From contig OZ037770.1 of the NCBI GenBank assembly GCA_964035545.1, positions 434,001 to 498,000 of the forward strand: a stretch of 64,000 nucleotides of DNA, in the 5' to 3' direction. The notes under the pieces are model-generated. The model did no database searches, was not told where the DNA came from, and worked only from the letters and a program-made list of their open reading frames with translations. The translations under genes and the position numbers were made by a program. This document shows, piece after piece, positions 38,279 through 52,000 of this stretch; the first letter of the stretch is position 1, and each line of letters starts with the position of its first letter. This DNA comes from Bugula neritina. Its lineage: Eukaryota; Animalia; Bryozoa.

Positions 38279-40492
38279 GCCCTCACACTTACACTAGACA
38301 CCGCGTAGTATCAACAGCTCTACAAGAGAAATAGTCAACAGTTGAGTGAAATACTCGTAGTGTTGACTAACAGCAGAGCAAACAGTGACTGGAAGGTAGA
38401 GTTAGTAGTGAGAGTAAATATTCCCGTATGTATAATACAGAACACCAACAGTGATACCGAATATGACAAATTAACTACAATTCCAGAGTATGTCTATCAA
38501 ATAACTCATTGCTAAGGGCTGTGGCATTGCTAAGGCAGGTAAAACACTCAACACTGCGTCTAAGTACATATAATAATGTCTACAGTAGGCACTATAATTT
38601 ACAAATGTATATTAAATGTTACATGTTGCCCTTTACAACAGAGCAGTAAAGTACTGAATACTGTAATGATGAAGCTTACTAAACAAGGCACTGGAAACAA
38701 TCCTTATAATTATGAGATCTTGAAGAAAAAGCTAACCATGCTTACCAGTTCAGCACTAGAAGCACAAACCTAACAATCAACACAGTTTTAGAGAAGCATT
38801 GAGTGAAAGAATATTATTGCATTGACCTTTCACCTCTTGCTGCCAGAAACCTTTGAAGCAAAGTTTCATCAATGAATCAAAATAGATTTAGCTTTCACCA
38901 GTTACTATATAAATATATTCTGCTTACACTTCATGTCCTGTATTTTTCAGTAACCAGTGATATGATTGGCTGTTGCTAGTATCCTGTGTTGTGATTGGTT
39001 CCTGGTGGAGGTGTGGCAATCCAACCCCGTAAGATATGACCAATCTCAGATACCTTTGAATTAAATCCCTTTGAGAAACCAGCTGTGTCATTGGACATAA
39101 TTTTCCATCCTCTCCTCTTATTGGATGTCACCTTTCTGAAAATGAGCCAGCAAAATATAGTGGTGTGCCTTGCTATGACAGAATAATACTGAATCTATTT
39201 GTGGCTTTAAAGTTGAGTACAAACTATAGCAGTTGCTATGGTGACAGTATGCCAGCAAATAGACTGAGGCCACGTGTAGCAGGTAAAACTTTACACAGGA
39301 TACAATTTAAACAATAAACACAAAGGCACAAACTAAAATCGATAATAATGAATTTTTAATTAGTTTTAGAGAACCAAAGGGAAAAACAAATACAATATCA
39401 GAATATTACTTTGAGCTAACTGAGAGAGTGAATATTAAACAATATAATATGCTAGTCAATCTATATTTTAATGAGCCATTGCAAAAGAGCAAAGCAGAAA
39501 TTGCCATTTGTAGACTTTGCAGTGACAGAAGATAGATAAGACTATGAAAAACAAGAAAAAATAATTTGTTTGAAAAATAAAATTAGTTGAGGTAATACGT
39601 TGGCCTGATTTTTTAAAAAATATGTTACGACCACAAAAAGCTCAGGAAACTATTTATAACTCTATTTACATTTACCAAATATAAAATACTAAATTCACTT
39701 GACGATCATTTTTTTCATAAGAAAATATTCCTATTGAGTGAATATTTTATAACATCCATACCTAACATATTGTGTTATTGCTCAACCTAATAATAACAAT
39801 AACGGTTCTATTATGATCAAAATCGCTATTCTTGTGAAAATAATTTATGATGAAGCGTCAATTTAAATTGAGCCAAGGATTGTGCCCTCAATGTATTGAC
39901 AGACTGCTGCTTGTAGCACAACAACTACTCTACCTGAATGCCTTTGCTGACATCAGCAACAGTTTTGTCATTAAGTAAACCATTTGAAGGAACGAGAGTA
40001 GCAGAAGCCTAAACAGCAGTTAATATATCATAAATATGTTTTAAAACCTAATATTAGCACAGCCTATGTCATTTTAAACACTTGTAGCAAATTTCTTTAT
40101 TTTTAACTCAAGATAATCAAATTTAGAATAACTAGATTGAATACTATACCTGTTAAACCTAAATAACTTTTTTCATTACAACTATTCATAATCATCATCA
40201 TATGACTAGCACTGGCACTAGCATAACAGCAAAATACCCTTTGAACAGTAGCACTATTACCACTAGTAATAGTGGGGATAAAATCAAAAGTATGGATGCA
40301 CATACATTTGAAAACTAACATTATTTTTATAAAATGATTAGTTAATTGAAAACAGAATGAGAACTTACATCATTATGCTTGGCCTAAGGCATTTTACAGA
40401 GCAATTCAAATGCCACATTAAGTTCAACTGACAAATGCAGGTTGCTAACTCAATAAAAGTGAAACTACATAAAAAACAAAATATTTAGTTTT

Positions 40493-40660
40493 AAAATTGA
40501 AATTCAAATAAGTTAAAATTAATCAAAATGTACTAATAGTAATTATATTCATATTAATAATAATATACATCAATAAAAATTATTAATATATATTATTATT
40601 ATGACTATAACTACTATTAGTACATTTTGATTAATTTTAACTATTTTGAATTTCAATTTT
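40493..40660. repeat. AT-rich inverted repeat with ~50-bp arms
   Basis: AAAATTGAAATTCAAATAAGTTAAAATTAATCAAAATGTACTAATAGTA vs TACTATTAGTACATTTTGATTAATTTTAACTATTTTGAATTTCAATTTT. Confidence 0.7.
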
Positions 40661-41740
40661 ATTTATATTATACTATAAGATTAAGCATTAATATTAGTAT
40701 AACTATAAGTCATAATCATACTCATCAGTGAGACCTAACCATCGTCATCGTGATAATCAAAATGTTATGAGTTATACTTATAGTTATCCGTATTCAATAT
40801 CAATGATATTGATTGTTCAATAAGATTCATAGTTATTAATTATAAATATAATATTTTTTTCATAGTGATATTCATATTCCATAATAAATATAACTTATAT
40901 TGACTATTGACAGTACTATTGTGCTAAAATTAATTTTAAACTTAAAGTTTTGCTTACACTTAGTCTTATACCTCATAGTTATAGTTATAAACTTAATCTT
41001 ACTGTTAGACTTAGTTAGTGTTACTGAGTTACTGTTAGTGATACCCGTACTCACTATACTGTTGGACTTAGGTTTTAGTGACACCAAGTCTGAAGTCTGA
41101 CAGTGACTATTACTATTTTATTAGTATTAGTAAATTAGTATTTGAACTATTAGTATTATTAATTAAAACTTAAAAAAACACACAGAAACTGAAACAAAAA
41201 CCAATTCACTAGTAGAATAAATGCTGAGTAAAATGCTTTCAAATTCAATTTCGTAATTCTGTTTTAATTCGATATTTTCTTAGAGTTGTAAATCGTTTTT
41301 CAAGCAAGATTTGCTCTCATTTAAGTTTATGTATCGGGTAAAGTGAAAGTAAATAGTAAATCTATACTTATTTTTATAATTCGGAATTTATTTGATATCA
41401 GCCGACACACCTTTATTTAGAGGATTGACGGCGTAAATGAAATATAATATAACAAAGGGCGCGCAACTCTACATAACAGTTTTGTGCTAAGAATGTGACT
41501 TTAGTTTAAGAAACTACCTAAATACTACATACGTATTATCTGCTCCTTTTATTTTATATAGTAATCATTCAATAATAGAATAGTAGTACGGAGCAAATAA
41601 TTAAAGTGGTGCTGTATAGGGGTACAGTGGTGCTGTAGGGGGAGGGTACAGTGGTGCTGCAGGGGTAGAGTGGTGCTACAGGGGTACAGCTAGTGGTGCT
41701 GTAGCGATGTATTGATGTTATATAAGGGTTTAGATCTGTA

Positions 41741-41851
41741 TTTGCCCAACTAGGATTCAAACCACATATATACCTCCAGTCTTGCAAACAGGCGCTCTAA
41801 ACCAGTTACACCATAGGCTACAGAGACTGCTGGGTAAACTCAAGACTACAA
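41741..41851 (-). mobile_element. Decayed tRNA-derived SINE-like copy
   Basis: TTTGCCCAACTAGGATTCAAACC...TTGCAAACAGGCGCTCTAA...GACTGCTGGGTAAACTCAAGACTACA. Confidence 0.65.
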
Positions 41852-43019
41852 GACCTTTACATGTATATTGGTAGACAAAGTAGTTGACTGTAATTTGAAC
41901 TCATTAAGTATGGTAGTTAAGCTTGAAAACTATTTAAATGCATTCTGCTAGCAACATGGTAAAGAGTTAAAGAATCTAGTTAACTAGCTAAACGCAAGCA
42001 TCTATAATATATATTTCTGGTAAACAAAGCACAATGATGATGACAAATAAGTGTGTTGGGTACCACCATTTCCAGTGCATTATTTATTTTTAATAAAACT
42101 AATATATATTTCAATGGATCTGCCTAATCCATATAAGTTGTTGTTTTCCTGATTGCAGTACCAGCATTTGGTTTGACTGTCACGATTTTGTTGTACGCAT
42201 GAATATGAGTGTTTCAGGAACCTGCATGTACTGTGTGTATTTGAGTTAAAAATATTTATTTGTTGTCCAATTCTCTCAATCATTTTGCATGCATGCAAAT
42301 GGCAATGATAATGCAGCAATGTGCTTGCTTTCTACACATGTCACTATGACTCTCATTGTCACACAGTATATTTTATTAGATAACTTCGAAACCCCAAACA
42401 CCATTTCATTACAGCAAGTATCTACATTCTATCGCTTCTGTTTTTTATAACAGGAGAGTGCTGTAATCCTTAAGCTATTGTTATAAAAGTTCTGTTGCGA
42501 AACATCAATTGCGGAATATATTACTAAGGCTAATAATGTATCTTCTCCAGTAATATGTCTTGTATTATGGTGTATAGTCTCTGTAAGCGTCTCTTTAATA
42601 TACTCGTTATGATATATAATAGGTCTGCACTATGTATGGAAGTAAAGAGATATTATTAATGTGGAAAAGATAGAATATACATTGAAGTATTCGATACAAA
42701 ACAATGATGAACCCTAACTAATGTTGTAGGGAAGTTGGATGTTATATAATATGTAGTATATTAAATTATAAAGGTATTATTAGCATACAGAATATGAGAT
42801 ATAAAATAATGCTTGAATGCATCTATATAAGCATAATGATCAATAACTTTCATTGGCTGTAGATAATATTGCTGTAGTTTCATTAGCTGTAGATAAAATC
42901 TCTTAAATGTAATTGGCTGATACAAGGATCAGTTTTAAAATATTATAAAGAAATTAATACTTATAAGTTATAACAGACCATATAATATGACATTTGACAG
43001 ACAAGTACTGACAGCTAAG

Positions 43020-46000
43020 ATGAGGTGGTTGCAGGTGCTCCAACTACTCACTCTTTTGGTGTCTCTATCTGATGGTAAGTATTTACTGCATGCATGCACA
43101 CTTCAAATTTTGGAAATGCTGGAAATTGTTTGAATAAAATAGAAATTCACTTTTATTCTTAAAGACTTGATTACTATATAAGCTAGTCTTTTTCATCATG
43201 CGGTTGCAATCTTATAGCGTAATACTTTCCTCTTGATGAGGCTGCAGAGAAATTAAAAGCAGACTATTTAATATAAACAAATATTTTTCATTTAAAATGA
43301 AAACTTTTGCTCTTTGGTGAATGAGTCATAATCTATAAGCATGTAAAGCTTTTACTTGATAATATTAGCTTTCATTCATTTGATGGATACACTTTTTTTA
43401 TCAAGTTAAATGCTTGAGCAAAATGCTAGGTTAGAGTATTGATAAAGCTGTAGTATGACCAGTTTGTGTCTATACAAAGTATATTGACGTTGTAAACAAA
43501 TCAGAGATATAATTATTTTATTATTAGATAGATTGAATTACATAAAATTGAAATTTAATTTAATGTATATATGTTATATTGAGCAACCCGTACATGCAGG
43601 ACTACGACCGTATAGGTGTGAAAGGTGTGAAACATATTGAGCAACTAGAATATCATTGCAACACTATTCAAACTACATAACAGTTTGTCTGTCAAATCCA
43701 TTATCATGCAGCAGAAATATTTTCAGTTGTATTTAAATTGGACTTTGTTTTTCCATTAGCAAAGTTTAAATCAAGACATGCACCATGTAATTTCTTTTCA
43801 CAACCTAAAATAGTTGTTACATTTATAAGCTGCAGTTGAACCCCGTAATGATAGTGTGCATTAGGTTTAATTTTAGGTATATATTATTGCAAGACCTTCA
43901 TATATTTTGTTAAAATTCACTCTGTAATTAGAGGTGTAGTCTGTGACAAACAAGTCATGCAATTTCATATAAACTCCACAAGAATATATTGCAGACAGAA
44001 AATTTGTTATAATGACCTTCTTTCACAAAAAGTCCTGCAATTAATACTAGATGAATCTGACCATAATTATATAGTTTATCAAACTTTATTCTTTGGGTTT
44101 TCCACATCCTCAGTGTGTAGTTGCCAGTTGGCAGTTACTAGTTGCTCATTGCTTATTGCTTCTTGTTTTTGCTATAGTTATTATTTGTTAGTTTCTATTT
44201 GAGAGTAGGCATTGCCAGTTGTTAGATTAAAGTTGCTAGTTGTCACATTGTATAGTTGCTAATTGAGAGTTGCTAGTTGCCAGTTGTTAATTGAAAATTG
44301 CTGATTGCTATAGTTTTGATTCATGACACACTGAAAAAATAAGACGTATATAGCTGCAAGCACTGGAACACAACAAGTATAAATAAGTTATGATCTACAA
44401 AGTAACTCATAAGTCATACTTAAGTGCAGCTGGTTGATTATTAAGTCAATTTCAACCTATGAGAAAGTTTTATCTTTTTTTCTTCAACTGCACCTGCAAA
44501 AAAATTTCTACACTCCTTGTTCTCTTCTACACTCCTTGTTCTCTTCTACACTCCTTGTTCTCTTCTACACTCCTTGTTCTCCTCTACACTCCTTGTTCTC
44601 TTCTACACTCCTTGTTCTCCTCTACACTCCTTGTTCTCTTCTACACTCCTTGTTCTCCTCTACACTCCTTGTTCTCTTCTACACTCCTTGTTTTCTTCTA
44701 GACTCCTTGTTCTCTTCTACACTCCTTGTTCTCTTCTATACACTCCTTGTTTTCTTCTACACTCCTTGTTCTCTTAATTTTACACTCCTTGTTCTCTTCT
44801 ACACTCCTTGTTTTCTTCTATACTCCTTGTTCTCTTAATTTTACACTCCTTGTTCTCTTCTACACTCCTTGTTTTCTTCTATACACTCCTTGTTCTCTTC
44901 TATACACTCATTGTTTTCTTCTACACTCCTTGTTCTCTTCTACACTCCTTGTTTTCTTCTAGACTCCTTGTTCTCTTCTACACTCCTTGTTCTCTTCTAC
45001 ACTCCTTGTTCTCTTCTACACTCCTTGTTCTCCTCTACACTTGAGTAATTGTTCAAAAGGGAAAAAAGTCTTTGATTGGAATTTTGCAATCACCACTAAA
45101 CCCCGCATCATCCTAATAAAAGTGGGGTTATTGACTCTCATCCCAATCCAAAGGAAGATCTCCCATGTTGAAACTAAGGCAATATTGCAATTAAAATATA
45201 AATAACATTATTTGTTCTTATTTGATTTACCAGTTTCTGTTTACAGCAGAAGCAACTACTGCACCAGCAGTGATAAGTTGCAGTTCACCAGTTCAAGGGG
45301 CAAATACCAGACCAGTTACTGACCAAACCACTGCAATAGGAAGTTCCTTTGAGTACCAATGCATTGTGGGATATGAATGTAAAGACTGTAATATGAATGC
45401 GACGTGTCTTAATACAGGAGACTGGTCAATCCCAGCACCCAACTGTTCAAGTAAGACTAACACACTTTTATATTTTTATATAATGCTTTTAGAATGTCTT
45501 TGTTCATCAATGCGGTAAGTTGTAGATTCAGAGTAAACAACTAATCTTACGCTAAATAAGTACATCACATCCTCATAGGCGTTATTTTGTTCATTTTAAA
45601 TAGAGTTATCTCCCTTGTTTAACCACTTTTCTAGCAAATATAAGAAATAGAAACTATCAGTATTAGACTTGCTAGACTATAGTCTGATCATTGAGATGTA
45701 TTGAAGTAGCAAATTAAAGTTAAAAAGAGAAAAGTTTTACCTGATGGAGTAGAGTAAGGTTACCAAGTCAGTAATTGGAGTAAGGTCAGTTGAGGCTATA
45801 ATATGTTATAAACTATATGCGGATCAAACATTTAGAAAGTAGAAACTTGTAACCGTAGAATTGCTGGAGTATAAAGTTTTCATATACCGTATGAAGTTTA
45901 GACTATATAATGCTTAGACCATAGAATGTTTAGATTGCAGATGCTTAGATTATATAGAATGTAGAATGTGAGTTTGACGCTAGTTGCTATGCTAATAAAA

Positions 46001-49000
46001 GCTGCGATTCTGATAAAACTTCCAACTATAACCAGAAAAAATAAATTAGTTTTGAGATCCAAGCACTTAGCAGATTGATTGTATCACTATAATGTATTAC
46101 TAATAATTTGATAAACATCTATATATAATTTCTTACTAAACATATCAGTTTATTGCCTGTATGTATATAATAGCATTAATTCTAAAAGAAAACCATCATA
46201 AAAAATGTCATGAATATTAAAATGAAAATAATGGGGATGGTGGATTTTAAATTGGTGTAATAATATACAAACTTAAATTAGATTTAGAACTTTGGATGAG
46301 TTTTAGTGTTTAATAATTTCTAGTCCAGAAAACAGAATGATGGAGAAGTTTCTTTATAATTTGAGTACTTTGGAGTTTGCTCCTCAATTCTCTTTCTTCC
46401 AGTTTATCAGTTTATACACCAAAAATTCAACAGTTTCTAATCTTGCTCGTATCAATGTGTTCCCATGGTTTGCATTTAAACCCAAGTTGGACTTCATATA
46501 TACTTGTTCCTTTAGTAACTCCCAGCTTTTCAGTTATACTCTGTCTCTCCCATCACTCCTGTGGGAGGGGGAGTACGTGACAGCTCAGAGCTAAATTTGG
46601 CACTTTTCCAGCTGTGTACTGAAAATATTGCAGAAATAGCTATATGCCACTTCAGCTGATGGTAATGCACTAGGTGATCTACCATAATGCATAAACACTG
46701 TATCCCGTGTCCCAAAGCAATGCAAATAGTTTTATTTATCAGGAAGTTCTCATTTCCTACAGACATTTAGTTTGTAAGGTGGGAGGACTGAGGGATCCTA
46801 CCGTCAACTAGAGAAAAATGTAGAAGTGTGTCATGAATATTTTTAGGATTTATCTTCTCGACACAATAATTCATTTATGACAAAGCTAACGCTGCTAGTT
46901 AATTATTTGGTATCATGAATATAAATTCAACAAATTATATATACAATGTTGACAAGTGCTGCACTTAGACAAGACCTGCACTTTACATGCTGAAATGACA
47001 ACTCTAAACCTTGGAGTTATATGAAATAAAACCACAAAATGCAAATTAATTTCGCTGACAAACATTTAACTCCAAGCTTCGAAATTAAAAAAAAATCTCC
47101 TAACTGTTTCTACATTAGTAGATTAAATAATAAAACTTCGTAACCTAATCACTATGTCGACAAATCTTATGACTGAAGGTTTTTCCCACTCAATCCTATA
47201 TTTGTTACCCTGTTGAAGGAGTGGATTGTGGACCCCTACCAGTTGGAGTAAATACTGAGAGAATCAGTGACGGATACAACACAAAATATTTAGATTATTA
47301 CAGATACAGGTGTCTTACTGGTTACACCACGAGTGATATCACAGTTGTTCAGTGTCTAGCTTCTAAATCATGGTCTCACCCACCCCCTACATGTCACGGT
47401 AATTATACCGATTACATGATTACACCCCTTAACTGGCACAGTAGTTACACTCCTGGAATTATATTTATTATGTTTTGCACACCTTCCACATCTACATGTC
47501 TCAGAGTCACTATATCTATGCACCCCTTCCCTCATCTGTATATTAACAAGCTACATTCCTTACATTATCTAACCACTCTTACTTTCCGTATGTTTCCAAG
47601 CTTTGCATTATGTGAATGAGTTTTTCACTTGATGTTTGGAAGCAGTCGCATCTAATAAAACCCCAACTATATACTTTCATCTTACTAGAAAGCCATGACA
47701 AGGCAGTGTTTATATAATTTATAACAGCACTTATATACAATTAGGCTTTAAAATGCATTGCTATTGGGAAACCTAATTAACTAAAATAACTAAGAATAAT
47801 AAATAGGTTAGCTTAGACTTAATATTATAATTATTCGACAATAAAATATATTAATATTATATTGGACAATAAAATATGCTCCAAGGTGATACCTACTTTA
47901 AAATCAAAAGAAGGTATATGTATAAAATTGAAGATGAACGTACTGCAAATTTTTTTATTCAATTAGAATAAATTCACTTTCAGTAAGGAATTGTGGAACT
48001 CCAGCTAATGGGACCAACACTAAACCCATCCCCAAAAGTATCGCGACTACTTACAGACACAACTACACTTATGAATGTGCAGACGGATACGAAGCAACTC
48101 CCACATCTGCAGTGATGACCACTTCCTGTAATGAGTTGGGCAACTGGACGCTTCAGAACCCTCCCAACTGTACAGGTAACTCTGAGTCAAGATGCAATCG
48201 GTGACAAAAGCACACAGTTCCTAATTTGTTCAAAGATAGAGGGAAACGGCTCTAAATCTTACAACCCCCCTTTATTATAATCAGCTCAGCATGTTTTGGA
48301 TTACAGTGAAGGATTGTGGGAGACTAGAAAATGGGACTAACACTCAGCCTGTACCGAGTAATACTTCCACCATCTACAACAGCTCATACACGTATCAGTG
48401 TAACGTAGGATTCGAGTCGTCTGTTGAACTGACTACTTCCTGTGATAAGTCGGGCAAATGGACGCTTACGACTCCGCCTGTCTGCAAAGGTAAAACTAAA
48501 TAAACTGATGCAGAATACTGATTTCTAAATGGCAAGTCTCTGAATGTCTCACAGATTTGTTGTACAGTTCAGTAACAGATCCGACCACAAGAATCTTTCT
48601 CATAATTTACGACTGCTTCAAGTCAGCACAATAACAATTTTACCAATCGAACTTCAAGCCTATGATTTACCCTAAGTATAACTTAAAACTAGAGAATTAC
48701 AGCAGCAAATTGATGCAGAAATTTTAGAAAACATAAACTGATTAAAAATACAAAAGTTAACGTTTTAATGTTAAGCTCCAAGATTTTAAATGTTGCAGCA
48801 ATAAGTTGTGGACCTCCACCAGAAGGAATCAAAACAGAGAGTTTTGTTGATGGATACAACCAAGAGTACCTGGACTACTACAAATACACATGTGAACCTG
48901 GTTATGCCACAAATGATGAAGTGATTGCACAATGCCTGGCTAGTAAGAGATGGTCTATACCTCCCCCAACATGTCATGGTAAATATATAAGACCCCTAAG

Positions 49001-52000
49001 TCTACAGGGAAACCTTTTGTTATGGTAACTCTTGAAACTATTGAGCTCTAAAGTAACTCTATCATTAAGTTTGTACCATACATCTGATTGTAACTAAGTC
49101 TATAGAATTCTTTGTACTTGCTATATGATAACATCACTCTACATCTATATCTGCATACAATTATGATGAAACCTCTATTTATACTGTGCTAGAAATAAAG
49201 TTCGTTAATTGTACTTTGAATAACCAATCTATGACATGTATAACTGAACCATTCAACAAAGCTTTTGGCATTTTTGACAAGAGTGTTTATTAACACAAAA
49301 TATACTTGTTTCCTTTAGCAAAGAGTTGTGATACACCACCAGCTGGAGAGAACACTAAAGCTGCACCCGACAACATAACAACTACGTATGACAGTTCCTA
49401 CACTTACGAGTGTGAGGATGGATACGAGGCATCTTCTGCAGAGATGAAGACTGTCTGTAACCACCAGGGTCAATGGACACTCAAACCTCCTCCAGTCTGC
49501 ACTGGTAGATTCTCAAAATATCCTTTAGAGGAAACTAAACAAGATATTTATTATTTATTACTTTGACATATAAGTATATCACTGACATTTTAGAATTTCT
49601 ACTTGCAAGTTAGAGATCAGATACTGTGATCTCATTAGTTAATTTAATGCCTATAGATGCTAGGCTACCATTCACTGCATTCCCATTTCTTTGAATGAAT
49701 CAGCATCATTGCTGCATGGATGGATTTGTGATTGCAATTTTCATTAACTTATGGTTGTGATTTTCTTTGATTAACTTCTTGCAAAGCATCGAATACAAAT
49801 TCTATGCATGATGTGAAGCAATGGGAAGTAAGTGCCTTTACGGACATCTGTGAAACGCATATTCAAACCGCAAGAAATTTTATTTGAAGCAAATTGAAAT
49901 CTGCCTCCCAAAGCGCCACTTCTGTAGTCATAATGCGTATCAGCTGATGCAAAGTTTCGATTTCAGCAAAGAATTGTGGGATGCCAGTTGATGGAACCGA
50001 CACGAAACCAGTTCCTAGTAATATTAGAACTACCTATAAAAGCTCCTACAACTATGAGTGTAAAAAAGGGTACGAGGTGGCTTCTAAGTCTGCAGTGATG
50101 ACGACATCCTGTGACCAGCACGGCAAATGGACTCTCAACTCGCCACCCACTTGTAAAAGTAAAATCGATTTTACTTCCATCCCATGTTGCATTAGTTTCC
50201 TAACAGATATCAATTTAGATTTGCATTTGATTGTTAGTAAATAGTATATGACTTTTCAAAGGTTTGACAAGTAAACAGAACGTTTGTTTTTGTTTTTCTC
50301 AAGAGGTGGATTGCGGACCCCCCCCTAATGGAGTGAATACTAAGAGCACCAGTGACGGATACAACACAAAATATCTAGATTATTACAGATACAGGTGTCT
50401 TACTGGTTACACCACAAGTGATACCACAGTTGTCCAGTGTCTAGATTCTAAATCATGGTCTCACCCACCCCCTACATGTCACGGTAATTCCACTCCTGCT
50501 TGTCACAGTGATTATGGTTTACCATTTTGCACAAAGCTAAGCATTGTAATTGACTCAGTATATGAGACCAATTTTGCTTTAGCTTATTTAGCTTTAGAAA
50601 GTGTTAGTTTTACAAGTGTTCTTAAACAAGGCCTAAATTGAATATAGTGACTATAACGAAGTATTATATGGATAAAATCTTTTCCAATAGAAGAACTGAG
50701 ATTAAAAAGTTTGCCACTTTAATTCAGCTGCATTTTCAAAAAATGAAACTTATGACACAATGAAATGAGGTTTCTTAAAATTTTATGCAAATTATTATAT
50801 TCGAAAAAATTCTAAGAAACACAAGTATATTAAACTGATAGTTTAGCAAAGTAATCTTATTACATTCATTGTTTTGTAAACTGTCGATACGTTCAACTTG
50901 CTAATATCTTTGTCCAGGAAGAACCTGCGAGAAGCCAGATAGTGGTACTAACACTGAGCCTGTCCCAGATAATATTGACACTGGTTACGGGAAATCGTAC
51001 ACCTATAGGTGTAAAGACGGATTTGAAACAAGCTCTATTTCTGCTGAAATGACTACTACCTGTAATCACCTTGGTCGCTGGACACTAAAACCAGCTCCAA
51101 TCTGTAAAGGTAACACCTCGTAACATGATTTTTTCTATGTCTTTGTGAACTAATTTCAGTTTCAGTTTTGTGAAAAGCGAGTGAAGTGAAAAGTGAGTGA
51201 AAAGAATTCGAGCTAATTACTGAGGTTAAATTGTTGTGGTTTTTGAAGCAATAAGTTGTGGACCTGCTCAAGATGGGGTGCAGACGGAGAGTTTTGTTGA
51301 TGGATACAACCAAGAGTACCTGGACTACTACAAATACCGATGTAAACCTGGTTATACTACAGATGATGAAGTGATTGCACAATGCCTGGCTAGTAAGAGA
51401 TGGTCTATACCTCCCCCAACATGTCATGGTAAGTATAATGCCATTAAGTCTATACTACTTTTTCGGTTTTCCTGGCAACTCTAAGTTTATATTAACTCCT
51501 AGTTGTTACTATAGTACTTCATGATTATTATATGTCCTAAGTCTATACCACCCACATTTTTATAATAGTTTTCTCTTTTTATGTCTTCAATGTTGTTCCA
51601 ACATAAAACCATGGTAAATACACCTTCGATACTCCATACCGTAAATTGTCATTTAGTTTAAACCTTTTATAGGTTTATACATACTCCATTGCATATTAAG
51701 CTTAGAATACCTCACCCTTGCTTATGGTCATTTATTCTATGTTTGTCTGCACTCTTTGATTAATTAATTGGGTGCAACTTGCCCACCCAGTGTCAATTAA
51801 AAAGACTCAGACAAATATTCACATTTAGCACTACTATAATATGTTCCAAAACAATACATTATATACTAGAATAGACATAATTGTTCAATAGTGAGAGATT
51901 GTGGCCAACCAGAAGAAGGGGTAAACACAAGGTCAGTACCAAACAACACGGTGACTACTTACAGAAGCTCTTACACCTACGAGTGTATTGATGGCTTTCA

